The notes under the pieces are model-generated. The model saw only the letters and a program-made list of their open reading frames with translations. It made no database searches and was not told the origin of the DNA. Position numbers and translations under genes: made by a program. Positions 1-9,333 of a stretch of 64,000 nt of DNA are shown here, piece after piece (position 1 is the first letter of the stretch; the number at the start of each line of letters is the position of its first letter). Source of the stretch: a virus (lineage: Duplodnaviria > Heunggongvirae > Uroviricota > Caudoviricetes); the IMG/VR virus record IMGVR_UViG_3300044557_000151, positions 59,723 to 123,722 of that record; one strand, written 5' to 3'.

Positions 1-220
1 TTTTCCCAGATGGATAGTGAAGATGATGCGCAATGGACACTTGATGACATTGAGCACACTATCAAGGCGATTGAACCGGCATGGAAATTTGAAAAACGTC
101 AAGTGTTCGCATGTTAGCCGATAAAGAATTTTAGTAGGAGAAAGAAATTATGAAATTATATGCCAATGAGGCTTGGGTAACGCTAAAGGTCGTAGATGAA
201 GGTGAGGAGTTTGAACCCTA

Positions 221-577
221 ATGGCTAAATATAATATGTCGCAGAGTGATGCTGCGAAGAAATTTGACGAGCAATTAAACGGCATTGATTTAATTCACAC
301 GGTTGAGAATATTATGGGTGTTAAGGCCAAGGAGGAAGAAGTTATGGGCAAGCTAGATTCTGTTTTTGTATTGACTGAAGTTGACGACGGAGTAATTTCG
401 CCAAACGTTTTCTTAAATAAAGAACAATGTCGTCATGAGTTTGATGAGGTAATTCATGAAATGTTAGAGCCTGAACAGATCGAGGCAAATGTCGAGTATA
501 CCGATGAAGAAAATCACGGTTGTTTCGATACAGGAAATGGTTGGCAGCTTGATTGGAAAGAAGTTTCAATCCAGTAA
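221..577 (+). CDS. hypothetical protein
   Basis: ORF track (118 aa), part of the co-directional plus-strand gene chain. No recognisable motif. Confidence 0.45.
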   Translation: MAKYNMSQSDAAKKFDEQLNGIDLIHTVENIMGVKAKEEEVMGKLDSVFVLTEVDDGVISPNVFLNKEQCRHEFDEVIHEMLEPEQIEANVEYTDEENHGCFDTGNGWQLDWKEVSIQ

Positions 578-659
578 TTGATTGCGTGGTGGCCACGGCT
601 TGATGGTGGCTAGTCTGGAGTTAATTACAATATATTATAGGAAGAAAGAGGTAATAATT

Positions 660-992
660 ATGGTTACGAAGAAATCACAGCGAGTATTTATTGTCTGGGA
701 CGGTGATCTTGGCGAATACTTGCCAGGTGCATGGTTAACACGCTCCATGGCTAGTAAAAATCATGCACGAGAAGATGGATTTGAGGTTGAATCAATTGAA
801 TTTGAAATGCTAGATCATCACGATCAGCAAGAAATTTTAGATCAACGAGAAAAACAGATGATTGATGACGGTGATTATCGTCGCATGAGCGAGAATGTTT
901 TCGGTAGCGATCCATTATGCCACCATATTGCAAGAGCTGATTTTGATGGGAATGGACGCTGCATCAAGTGTGGCGCATGGGAGAGTAACTAA
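660..992 (+). CDS. hypothetical protein with C-terminal CxxC zinc-ribbon-like pair
   Basis: ATG at 660 sits behind the SD AAGAAAGAGG (ORF track began at 582). C-terminus carries CHH...CIKCG cysteines. Confidence 0.45.
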   Translation: MVTKKSQRVFIVWDGDLGEYLPGAWLTRSMASKNHAREDGFEVESIEFEMLDHHDQQEILDQREKQMIDDGDYRRMSENVFGSDPLCHHIARADFDGNGRCIKCGAWESN

Positions 993-1090
993 AAGGCGCA
1001 TTTCATAATACGAGGAAATTTTCACGTATATATGTTGTATAAACGCCCGGTTTAGTTTATACTGTGTTTATACAAAACGGAGGTGCTTTC

Positions 1091-1378
1091 ATGGAAGAAA
1101 TTAAAACAAGCAGCCGTATCCCGTTAGGCTCTGTTACGGCGGGCAAGGTGGGAAATTCAATCAAGGTTACAATCCCGTCGGATGCTGATGTCGAGGTCGG
1201 TACTGAATTCAACGCCTTTATCGAAGAACGAGATGGGCGTGATCGAATTGTGTTTGAGGTCAAGCCCAAGAAGCACGTAAATATCTGGCACACGGATTTT
1301 GTTAAAGAGCATGACTTTCAAAAAGATAAAGAAATTATCGGTGAACTTCAGGGCAATCCGGTAGGTAGGGAGATTTAG
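1091..1378 (+). CDS. MazE/PemI-like antitoxin (AbrB/SpoVT swapped-hairpin fold)
   Basis: ATG 1091 follows the SD AAACGGAGGTG. The motif GKVGNSIKVTIPSD resembles the MazE/AbrB family VGNSxxVxIP signature. Lies directly upstream of a MazF-like ORF. Confidence 0.5.
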   Translation: MEEIKTSSRIPLGSVTAGKVGNSIKVTIPSDADVEVGTEFNAFIEERDGRDRIVFEVKPKKHVNIWHTDFVKEHDFQKDKEIIGELQGNPVGREI

Positions 1379-1382
1379 TCGT

Positions 1383-1751
1383 ATGGGGAATGTCTTTCCA
1401 CGTCAGGGTGATATTGTAAGAATTGATGCAGAGCCACATGCCGGGATCGAGTATGGCGGGCATGATCCGGAAGGCGGAAATATCCAACGTCCAATGATTG
1501 TATTATCAAACGATGATTATAACGAACACGCAAAGATGATTGTCGGTATGGTCATAACATCCACGAAGCGCTACCTAGATCCAGCGTTGCATAAAGAATT
1601 TTTAGACATGGATTCTGGAGTTCACGGTAAGATCGTTATGTGGCAAATTCCGAATTACGATTATGCTGCGCGTCACCTAAAAGTAGTGGGGCACGTTAAA
1701 GAAAAATTACTGAAAGAACTCGTCCAGCGTGCAATTGATATCTTTCAGTAA
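1383..1751 (+). CDS. MazF/PemK/Kid-like toxin (endoribonuclease fold)
   Basis: 122 aa. PRQGDIVRIDAEP...RPMIVLSND...MIVGMVITST matches the MazF/PemK pattern GDI..VDF.P..G.E..G.RP.VVLS. Sits 5 bp after the antitoxin-like ORF. Confidence 0.6.
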   Translation: MGNVFPRQGDIVRIDAEPHAGIEYGGHDPEGGNIQRPMIVLSNDDYNEHAKMIVGMVITSTKRYLDPALHKEFLDMDSGVHGKIVMWQIPNYDYAARHLKVVGHVKEKLLKELVQRAIDIFQ

Positions 1752-1765
1752 GGAAAAGGAGATTT

Positions 1766-2137
1766 ATGTCAAACTTGTTGGAAGGATTTGAAGCTTTTCA
1801 AAGGATTAGTCCAATCACAATGACTGTGGCTTCGGGTGCTGTGAGGTTCTCAAGAGGGGCCGTGAGAATATTAGATCGACCAAAATTCGTTCGTGTGTTG
1901 ATGGGACCCGACGGTGATCGGCTTGCCCTTCAACAAGCTGATGGAGTAACTTCTGACTCGATACATTTTTATGATAATGGTCAGGATTCTGTAAGATGGG
2001 CGTTCAGCTATTTTGCAAAAGAGTTGGCAGAAAATATGGGTTGGAATCTCACAAAGAATAGTTATCGGGTAAAGGGAGAATATTTACCAGATAAACAGGC
2101 CGTGCTGTTTGATCTAGAAATGGCAACTACTTGTTAG
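1766..2137 (+). CDS. hypothetical protein
   Basis: ORF track 123 aa. RBS AGGAAAAGGAGA upstream. Confidence 0.45.
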   Translation: MSNLLEGFEAFQRISPITMTVASGAVRFSRGAVRILDRPKFVRVLMGPDGDRLALQQADGVTSDSIHFYDNGQDSVRWAFSYFAKELAENMGWNLTKNSYRVKGEYLPDKQAVLFDLEMATTC

Positions 2138-2171
2138 GTCAAACTTTTCTTTTAGAAATGGAGGTTTTAGC

Positions 2172-2657
2172 ATGAATGAGTTGAGCTATGACGAATTGAA
2201 AGATTTGAGCTGGAAAGAATTTAATGCGCCATTTCCATGGGAATCACATTTCACCTCTCTTCCACGTCGTAAAGAAGTTATCCTTAAACTAGACTTATGG
2301 CGCGCATTTGCCAATCAGGCAATCAATACCCCGGAAGTCCCGCAAAGTTTAATTGATGCAGTGAACGGGGACGCGCCGTTGTCATCATTAGTTGAAGCCC
2401 CAGAAGAAGATACCCAGATCAAGGGGTTTCGATCAGACTTTGATGATTTGTTAGATTTCTATAATATGGATCACAATTTGGATAAATTCCAAAAACAGTC
2501 AGAAAATCTGTTAATCGAAATCGCCAATGAGTATAGCGAGGGTTTGTCTGTTAGTGGGCATTATGGCATCACAGATAAGTCAGCAAGAAAGTTATACGAC
2601 GAAGTTGTCGCTAAGCGTGATGGGGTTATTGCCCGACATGGACAGACACCGAACTAG
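2172..2657 (+). CDS. hypothetical protein
   Basis: ORF track 161 aa. RBS GGAGG upstream. Confidence 0.45.
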   Translation: MNELSYDELKDLSWKEFNAPFPWESHFTSLPRRKEVILKLDLWRAFANQAINTPEVPQSLIDAVNGDAPLSSLVEAPEEDTQIKGFRSDFDDLLDFYNMDHNLDKFQKQSENLLIEIANEYSEGLSVSGHYGITDKSARKLYDEVVAKRDGVIARHGQTPN

Positions 2658-2669
2658 GACGGTTATCTC

Positions 2670-2933
2670 ATGGAAGATATGAAACAATATGGCAGTGAAT
2701 ATGCGATTCAGTATGATGGCAGCGAAGAAATGAATTGGATGTGGCACATTACCACTGGTCAACGTAGTCTTAAGCCTTTTGTTGATGAGATAATTCAGCA
2801 GAATTATTTTCATGACGCTCCAATAGATCGGGGTGACTGGATTGTTCTGTCACCGAGAACGCAAAAGTTTCGAGTGTTGCCGGATATTGAGTTCCAATAC
2901 AAGTATGGTGAATTGCTAAAATCTAAGTTTTAG
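2670..2933 (+). CDS. hypothetical protein
   Basis: ORF track 87 aa. Confidence 0.4.
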   Translation: MEDMKQYGSEYAIQYDGSEEMNWMWHITTGQRSLKPFVDEIIQQNYFHDAPIDRGDWIVLSPRTQKFRVLPDIEFQYKYGELLKSKF

Positions 2934-2951
2934 AAAGAAGGAATTGAGGTA

Positions 2952-3272
2952 ATGGATCGACAATTATCCGAGATGTCCCGATACGCCCCAGAGGCAATCG
3001 ATTTCACTCTTGAGAAGGAGAGTATTACTGATTTAAGACTTGCGCGAGAAATCTATGAGGCAAGATTGAGTAAATTAAACGAAAGTAATCCCGTGTACCT
3101 ATCGGAGAGCATGTTATTTGGGCTTAATTTTGGTGAAGCAGATATTTCGCCGGCGTCTCACAGAATTAATGAGCTAGGCAAAAGCCAACGCAAACTCATA
3201 AACGAATTGGTTGGGAAAGTCCGCGATTCGATCGACAAGATTGATCGAGAACTTCGCTCGCGTCACAACTAG
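2952..3272 (+). CDS. hypothetical protein
   Basis: ORF track 106 aa. RBS GAAGGAATTGAGG upstream. Confidence 0.4.
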   Translation: MDRQLSEMSRYAPEAIDFTLEKESITDLRLAREIYEARLSKLNESNPVYLSESMLFGLNFGEADISPASHRINELGKSQRKLINELVGKVRDSIDKIDRELRSRHN

Positions 3273-3535
3273 CAGAAAACCATGTGGAACCAAGACGAAA
3301 AATTGAATGCTGTTCAAGATGTAGAATTAGCGTTAGGTGACATTGGACGCATTGCCCGTGATTGGTGATTTGAAGAAGATCCGGCAGTTTCCAAGATTGA
3401 TAAGCAGGGGACAAAGTTGCTTACCGATATGAAGCAAACGTCAGTCGAAGAAGTGGGATAGGATGTTGTGTCATCCATCTTGTCGTGGTATGATTGAGAT
3501 GCTAAAAAATCTCGCAACTCAACAACACCACCACA

Positions 3536-3573
3536 AATCCCCACTTCGGCCAATGAAGTGGGGATTATTTTTT
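3536..3573 (+). terminator. rho-independent terminator
   Basis: Hairpin AATCCCCACTTC-GGCCAAT-GAAGTGGGGATT followed by ATTTTTTGG. Confidence 0.6.
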
Positions 3574-3853
3574 GGCAAAACATAACACACTTAACGATAA
3601 AGCGGAACTTTATTATATCAACACTCAACAAAGCAATGCAGACGTTACGCTGCGACTATTGGATCACGCAAAGAATAAGAATTAGGTATACCATCCTAAA
3701 AGCGCCCGATGGGTACGGACGCTTTATAGGGTGAGCTACCACCCTGAACCTGAACCAACTGGTATAGATTGATGATCTGAAAATTAATTGTGAGGGAGGA
3801 TTAGTTCGATATAATATCTGGGTATAAGAATATATATATGTGGAGGGATCATA

Positions 3854-4651
3854 ATGGGATGGATTATTGTAATTGTTATAATATTCGGACTAGCGTATTG
3901 GTGGAATGATGCACCTGAACGTGCCCGTAAGCGTGCTGAACAAGATGGAAAAGAACTTTTTGAAACACGAAATGCTCAGGTGAGGGATTGGGAGAGCAAG
4001 GCCCGGCCAGATCAAGAGGGTGATTTTTATTGGCGATTGGTTACAGTTCGCTCAAGCGATGTCGCAAAATTAACTGGTGGTTCGTATGGGAAAGACGACA
4101 TGGAATTATATTTCGTTCGCCCAGAAGATTCTGGATACATGCACATTTCACAGAGTACAAGAACCCCTGATCTCAAACTGACCGGAATTCAATATAATGG
4201 GCAATATAGTCACACGACCACCGGGGAATTATCAAGCAACGCGAGCAACGCAATGCTTGGCGGAATGATAGCGGGTTCTGCTGGTGCGCAAATTGGTGCG
4301 GCAGGAAAGAGAACAATCACAACTACGACAATCGATCAGGAAATCAGTTCATGGAATATCCTTGAATTTGAAGTAGTTGAAACTGGTGAACAATTTGCGG
4401 TTGAGGCTGTTTTGGATAAGAACGTCTACCAATCCTTGTACAAGAATTATTTGTTCCGAGGAGAGGGTCCTGCTGATAAGTTGTCAGAGATTGGGGAATT
4501 TACGGACAAGGTAGCTGAATCGTCAGTAACAGAAACGTCTGAATCAATATCGGCTGATCGTACTGCTAAACTCGTGAGCTTATCTAAGGCGCATGAAGAT
4601 GGAATCTTAACTGATGAAGAGTTTAGTCGAAAGGTATCTGAATTAGGATAG
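3854..4651 (+). CDS. membrane-anchored protein with C-terminal SHOCT-like motif
   Basis: N-terminal TM helix (IIVIVIIFGLAYWW). C-terminus KAHEDGILTDEEFSRKVSELG matches the SHOCT short C-terminal domain pattern. Confidence 0.5.
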   Translation: MGWIIVIVIIFGLAYWWNDAPERARKRAEQDGKELFETRNAQVRDWESKARPDQEGDFYWRLVTVRSSDVAKLTGGSYGKDDMELYFVRPEDSGYMHISQSTRTPDLKLTGIQYNGQYSHTTTGELSSNASNAMLGGMIAGSAGAQIGAAGKRTITTTTIDQEISSWNILEFEVVETGEQFAVEAVLDKNVYQSLYKNYLFRGEGPADKLSEIGEFTDKVAESSVTETSESISADRTAKLVSLSKAHEDGILTDEEFSRKVSELG

Positions 4652-4654
4652 TGA

Positions 4655-4680
4655 AGACCGCCTCGGCGGTTCTTCTCATC
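4655..4680 (+). terminator. rho-independent terminator
   Basis: Stem ACCGCC-TCG-GGCGGT followed by a T-rich tract, directly after the stop codon at 4651. Confidence 0.5.
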
Positions 4681-4764
4681 CTTTCAATTAAATTAGAATA
4701 TATAGTTGACAAATAATATCCTCTTGGATTATGATATATACATCAGATAACAGGAGGGGAATAT

Positions 4765-5433
4765 ATGAATGACTACGGCGAGACTAGAGAACAAAAACTC
4801 CAAACAGTCAAGAATGAGATTGAGCGCCTAAATCTTGGCCCTATTCCATCTCAGGATAAGTATAAAAAGCTTCGGGGGAAGCCGTCTATTCCATGGATTC
4901 GCAAACATCTGCAACTGAGTTGGAGAGAACTCTTAATTGAGCTTGGCTATGAAACACGACCAGAAGTTAAGGCGAATACAAAAATATGGGACGCAATGTC
5001 AGATCAGGACCTATCATCTCATATCATGAATTTTATGGCCAACAACAATGTGATTAGCCGTACCGATTTTGTGAAGAAAACTAAAGCGTCAGAAGTCCCA
5101 AGTCAGGAATATATTGTGAAACGTTTCGGTAAAAACGGGGTTTCGATACTCCTGGAACGAACCTACGAACATTACGGAGTGCCGTCAAACGTAAAACGCC
5201 GTATGTGGATGTACCTTACGAAGAATGAATTGCTTGACCATGCACACTATGAAATTGAGGATCAGGGGTTAAATACAGTATTAGCATATATTCAACAATA
5301 TGATCGGAGAATTGCGCCGTCGCTTCAAGTATTACGTAATACGTTCGGCGGGCAAGCTCAATTGTATGATGCGTATCGAGAGCGTTTTGGAAAAGAAATG
5401 TTCATGACTAGCTATGCTAAACGAAATAATTAG
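4765..5433 (+). CDS. hypothetical protein
   Basis: ORF track 222 aa. RBS CAGGAGGGGA upstream. Confidence 0.5.
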   Translation: MNDYGETREQKLQTVKNEIERLNLGPIPSQDKYKKLRGKPSIPWIRKHLQLSWRELLIELGYETRPEVKANTKIWDAMSDQDLSSHIMNFMANNNVISRTDFVKKTKASEVPSQEYIVKRFGKNGVSILLERTYEHYGVPSNVKRRMWMYLTKNELLDHAHYEIEDQGLNTVLAYIQQYDRRIAPSLQVLRNTFGGQAQLYDAYRERFGKEMFMTSYAKRNN

Positions 5434-5447
5434 AGGGGGTAGTCATT

Positions 5448-6509
5448 ATGACTAAATCAATTTCAGAAATCTATCGGGTTTGGCTTGATGGACAATCATC
5501 AGAGGAAACGGCAAAGGTTTACCGCAACTATGTTAACAAGTTCTGCTCCTATGTTTTTGACAAGACTCCAGAACAGTTGTCTGAAGACGATATTTCTTCA
5601 GACAACTTCTATCCGGGTCTTGTCCAAGATAAGTTTATTAATCGTTTACGCGATGAAGATGTGCAAGATTCAAGCATTCGTAATTATATGAACGCCGTGT
5701 CATCTTTCATGGATGCACTGGAATCAAACCGGGTTTCTTCCGAAGCAGACTTCCTATATATCAAGAAAAACGTACTAAACAAAAAGAGCCTGAAAAAAGA
5801 TGGTGGTCATGTCTCAATGATCTCGCGGAATGATCTTGCAGCGTTTGAGGATTTCTTGAGGAATCGGAAGTATCGTAGTAAGGCAGAAAACGTTGGCCTT
5901 AAGTATGCAGGCGTCGTGGACTTCATGTTCACCTTTGCAACTCGTGTTTCAGCTACATTCAATATCAAATGGTCAGATATTAAGGATATCACTGATATCA
6001 AAGGGAACACTGACAAATGTGCATATGTTCATGATAAGGGCAAGGGATCTGGTAGTCGGGCTAATCAAAAGGTAATTGCGCCAGACTACTATGCCAAGAT
6101 GCGTGAATTATACTTCACTGGCGACGAATCAGACACCATATTCCATGAATTAACTCAGGACACATTTACGCGAATGATGAAGGAGTTCTCTGAAAAAACC
6201 GGTCGGGATATGACTCCTCACTCAATTAAAGTTGGGGCGGTTAGCTGGTTGTACGAATTAACCCACGACATTGTCCTTTGCCAGCAATTTGCGGATCATG
6301 AAGATATTGAAACTACCCAACGTTATATCCGTCTAAGTGGTGCCAATCGTAGTAAGGGTACTTATATCATGTCTGAGGGTGTTAACGTATCAGATATTAA
6401 TGATATCTCACTTGAAGAGATTGCAGCAATTGTTAAGAGTGACCCCGTATTGGCATTCAACGTATTGCGAGAATACCGCGAAGCATCACACAAAGACCAA
6501 ATTGCCTAG
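5448..6509 (+). CDS. tyrosine recombinase/integrase-like protein
   Basis: N-terminal SAM-like core-binding region. C-terminal TPHSIKVGAVSWLYELTHDIVLCQQFADHEDIETTQRYIRL fits the integrase box II pattern HxxR...LGH...TxxYxH including the catalytic Tyr. Confidence 0.6.
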   Translation: MTKSISEIYRVWLDGQSSEETAKVYRNYVNKFCSYVFDKTPEQLSEDDISSDNFYPGLVQDKFINRLRDEDVQDSSIRNYMNAVSSFMDALESNRVSSEADFLYIKKNVLNKKSLKKDGGHVSMISRNDLAAFEDFLRNRKYRSKAENVGLKYAGVVDFMFTFATRVSATFNIKWSDIKDITDIKGNTDKCAYVHDKGKGSGSRANQKVIAPDYYAKMRELYFTGDESDTIFHELTQDTFTRMMKEFSEKTGRDMTPHSIKVGAVSWLYELTHDIVLCQQFADHEDIETTQRYIRLSGANRSKGTYIMSEGVNVSDINDISLEEIAAIVKSDPVLAFNVLREYREASHKDQIA

Positions 6510-6545
6510 TAAACAAATACTAACCGTATGTTGAGCAGTTCTGTG

Positions 6546-6574
6546 TTGACAAACACTAATGCGTTTGATAGTAT
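6546..6574 (+). promoter_or_regulatory. sigma70-type promoter with operator palindrome in the spacer
   Basis: TTGACA-N17-TAGTAT. The spacer contains AACACTAATGCGTTT, the variant of the window-wide palindrome. Lies upstream of the 6622 gene. Confidence 0.5.
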
Positions 6575-6621
6575 GAGTAAGTCAAATCAGGAACAACGAA
6601 TAATAAAGGGAGGCGAAGAGC

Positions 6622-7884
6622 ATGGTTGATCTGAAACTATATAAATATAACCAGAAAACTGCTTTTCCCAATGCGGATAGTATTTTTACTGCAAGAAGGT
6701 TATTAAGTGGATTATTTGAAGAATATCGTATTGATAATTTAATAAACGAATTTGAATCTGAGTTCCCAAAACTATCTTTCGAGGAGAAGGCTAAGCTTTG
6801 TCAGAAGTTTTCTGACTTTAATCTTCCATCATTTAACAGGGGTGCTTCGATTAGTTTTGCCCGTGCAGACGAGTTCGTTACGCGGGCAAATGTAAGTACG
6901 TTTTACGCATATGATAATACACTTAAGAAAGCGTTATTGTCTTTCTGCTATATTGATAATGACCAAGGAATCGCTCAGGCATCTCGGGCAAACAATCTTC
7001 TTCGAATTGCAATTCCTTACGAGAAAAAAGTAAACAAAACAATTTTCCAATGGGACAAATCCGAGTTCGAGTCCTATATCAGAGGAGTTCGCGAAGAATA
7101 TACTGACGTTATTACGTTCCAACAGGTCATGGTCACTCTATCACAGTTAATTGATGGGGCTAGGAAAGTTAGCAACGTCATTGTCGCGCCTTATGTGCTA
7201 CACGATATTGCTAAGGAATCCCAGCCGATTGTGAGCGAAATTTATCCAACCTTGAGTGACTTACATGAAGTCGCATATAGAATGGATGACCCACAAGCGT
7301 CTGCAATGGTAATCTTATGCTATTTAGGCGTAAAAATTAGCAGGAATTCAGAGTCTGACGAAATGCTCAGCCTAAAGAAGTCTGATCTTGATGGGAATGT
7401 GTTAACAATTTCTGGTAATGCGCCACGCAAAATCAAACTTGATAATCGAAGTGCAAACATCGTTAGAGCAGCAATTAGAACTAAATTCGAAATATTTGAT
7501 TCCGCTTCCGGGTCTCAACGGAAAATGTACTATGTGAACAGTGATCGAATTTTCCGGCCACTTGATACCAACCGAACAACTGAGCTGACTTGGGCAGGTA
7601 TGTCAAATCGAGTTCGGAAGTTTGCTAATGCGTATAAGGATTCATTCAACACGACCCAACTAATGAATGTTCGACGTTTTGAAACGGCAGGGAAAATGAA
7701 TAGTGTCCACACAATCCTCTCTGAAGAAGGAGTTGGAGATGATGAAATGTTTGAGACCTGGGACAGTCTCAAAGTATTGGACGATGCGTTAATGAAAACA
7801 GCAAATCGTTTTGGGCAAGACGCAATTAAAGCAATTTCTCGTATGCGTGTAAGATATCGGGAATATCTTAAATTAAAAAAATAA
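6622..7884 (+). CDS. divergent tyrosine-recombinase-like protein
   Basis: 420 aa. The segment ILCYLGVKISRNSES...LKKSDLD...ISGNAPRKIKLDN resembles the Arg-I region and strand of the integrase catalytic domain. The remaining catalytic residues are unclear. Confidence 0.35.
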   Translation: MVDLKLYKYNQKTAFPNADSIFTARRLLSGLFEEYRIDNLINEFESEFPKLSFEEKAKLCQKFSDFNLPSFNRGASISFARADEFVTRANVSTFYAYDNTLKKALLSFCYIDNDQGIAQASRANNLLRIAIPYEKKVNKTIFQWDKSEFESYIRGVREEYTDVITFQQVMVTLSQLIDGARKVSNVIVAPYVLHDIAKESQPIVSEIYPTLSDLHEVAYRMDDPQASAMVILCYLGVKISRNSESDEMLSLKKSDLDGNVLTISGNAPRKIKLDNRSANIVRAAIRTKFEIFDSASGSQRKMYYVNSDRIFRPLDTNRTTELTWAGMSNRVRKFANAYKDSFNTTQLMNVRRFETAGKMNSVHTILSEEGVGDDEMFETWDSLKVLDDALMKTANRFGQDAIKAISRMRVRYREYLKLKK

Positions 7885-7963
7885 AATAGGTCACAGGTAA
7901 TCCGAAGTCTAAAGACACGGTGTATAGGGGTCGGATCTACTTGCACGCCGTGGAGGAATATCA

Positions 7964-8413
7964 TTGAAGGACAACGCTTTTACTGGGAAGGTATATAACA
8001 ACTTATTCGATAAGTACATGATTGAAATTAGTGAATATTTACAAAGCATTGGAATGGTTACGGCGAGTGAGTTTATGCGAGACTATGAAACAGCGCTATA
8101 TTTATTTAAGAAGTGCGCCAACATTGATCGGATCGCCACTCTGGCCGATGCTGCGTGCAACGAGGTTGAAAAGAGCGAAACGGACGTCTACCAAAAGGGT
8201 TTTGCAGATCAATACATCTCATCATATGGTGAAAGCTTCGAAGAGGCTTTCCTCATCCTCATTGAAGACCGTATAATTGAAGGTTTTGTGATCGCATGTC
8301 ACGCCATGGAGTCTGCCGGGAAAACTATCAATGATATGGCAAACTTCTTCTACATAACATGTCAAGAGGCCCCACTTGAACAGGTAATTCGATATAATGG
8401 GGAGGTGGACTGA
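7964..8413 (+). CDS. hypothetical protein
   Basis: ORF track 149 aa. Confidence 0.4.
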   Translation: MKDNAFTGKVYNNLFDKYMIEISEYLQSIGMVTASEFMRDYETALYLFKKCANIDRIATLADAACNEVEKSETDVYQKGFADQYISSYGESFEEAFLILIEDRIIEGFVIACHAMESAGKTINDMANFFYITCQEAPLEQVIRYNGEVD

Positions 8414-8625
8414 TGACCACCGATCAACTAGATGAAGAGTTCTCAGAACTTGAAAGTGTTGTCCGATTATTTAAGATTGAATCAGAAATCGCGTTCAATG
8501 CGGAGTCCTTTAGTAAGATGATGCAACATGTTACTGACTTCCTTAAGCATGTGATGAACTCTGATGAACCAGAGGATATCTCAACCACGCGTCTGAGAAT
8601 GGTTAGTGAAATTTTAAAAATTTAG
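8413..8625 (+). CDS. hypothetical protein
   Basis: ORF track 70 aa. The ATGA start/stop overlap with the preceding gene suggests translational coupling. Confidence 0.4.
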   Translation: MTTDQLDEEFSELESVVRLFKIESEIAFNAESFSKMMQHVTDFLKHVMNSDEPEDISTTRLRMVSEILKI

Positions 8626-8645
8626 CCTTCGGGCTATTTTTAAAA
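8615..8645 (+). terminator. rho-independent terminator
   Basis: Hairpin TAGCC-TTCG-GGCTA followed by TTTTTAAAATTT, overlapping the stop codon of the 8413 gene. Confidence 0.5.
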
Positions 8646-8655
8646 TTTATCAGTC

Positions 8656-8671
8656 AAACACTATTGTGTTT
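8656..8671 (+). promoter_or_regulatory. copy of the operator palindrome (AAACACTATTGTGTTT)
   Basis: One mismatch from the recurring AAACACTAATGTGTTT. Sits just upstream of the 3D-domain gene, with no clear -10 element. Confidence 0.35.
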
Positions 8672-9317
8672 ATTGAAAGGTGGTGATACAATTAGTTCAC
8701 AGGCAAGTAAGACTGATCGTAGACCTATTAAGGTGGGTTTTCTAGCATTTGTTTCTGCGTTCGCGTTTGCAATCCTCCCGGCGAAGCACGCTGGTGGCGA
8801 TCAAATCATTCAAACACAGAAAAACGATGACCATTATCGATATTCACGAATTGTAAAAGAAGCAGATCGGCGCGTTGAGCAGAGGCGCGTTCGATACTTT
8901 CGAAGTTTAATGAAGTCTTGGCGTTCAGCTAAGGTTCATTCAGATGAGGTTGCAAGAAAAGAAAAGGCCGCGGCTATGGCTGCGGCTAATAATTCTAGGC
9001 AAACAAACACTAATGTGTTAAAGCCCGTGACAGTTGCAAGATATTCTAACTTCAGGCTTTCATTTTATGATCCAGCAGTATTGGGAGCACTTACCATGCC
9101 GGGCGGTATGTATTCTGGCGTAGCGGCGGATTTGTCGCTATTTCCAAAAGGTACGCACCTACGAATTACCGCTAATAATGGCATGATAATTGATCGGGTC
9201 GTTAATGATACTGGAACGTTTATCTATAGTAATCGATACCAGTTAGATGTTGCTTGGCCGAACAATCAAATACCTAGCGCTGGCGTTCTATACGCTACGG
9301 TTGAGGTTGTTCAATAA
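8664..9317 (+). CDS. 3D-domain protein, putative peptidoglycan-binding/lytic transglycosylase-like
   Basis: The C-terminal ~100 aa (FRLSFYDPAVLGALTMPGG...GTHLRITANNGMIIDRVVNDTGTFI...QLDVAW) fit the 3D (MltA/RlpA-like double-psi beta-barrel) domain. N-terminus is hydrophobic. The start codon is uncertain (TTG in the ORF track). Confidence 0.5.
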   Translation: MCLLKGGDTISSQASKTDRRPIKVGFLAFVSAFAFAILPAKHAGGDQIIQTQKNDDHYRYSRIVKEADRRVEQRRVRYFRSLMKSWRSAKVHSDEVARKEKAAAMAAANNSRQTNTNVLKPVTVARYSNFRLSFYDPAVLGALTMPGGMYSGVAADLSLFPKGTHLRITANNGMIIDRVVNDTGTFIYSNRYQLDVAWPNNQIPSAGVLYATVEVVQ

Positions 9318-9333
9318 GAGAGGGGGTACATGT

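Noticed and set aside
3698-3726. A possible att-site pair: similar hairpins AAAAGCGCCC...GGACGCTTT at 3698 and 63757
   Set aside because: Only the GC-rich stem arms match (10 + 9 nt) and the loops differ. Both are ordinary intrinsic terminators, and there is no shared core of 15 bp or more expected for attL/attR.
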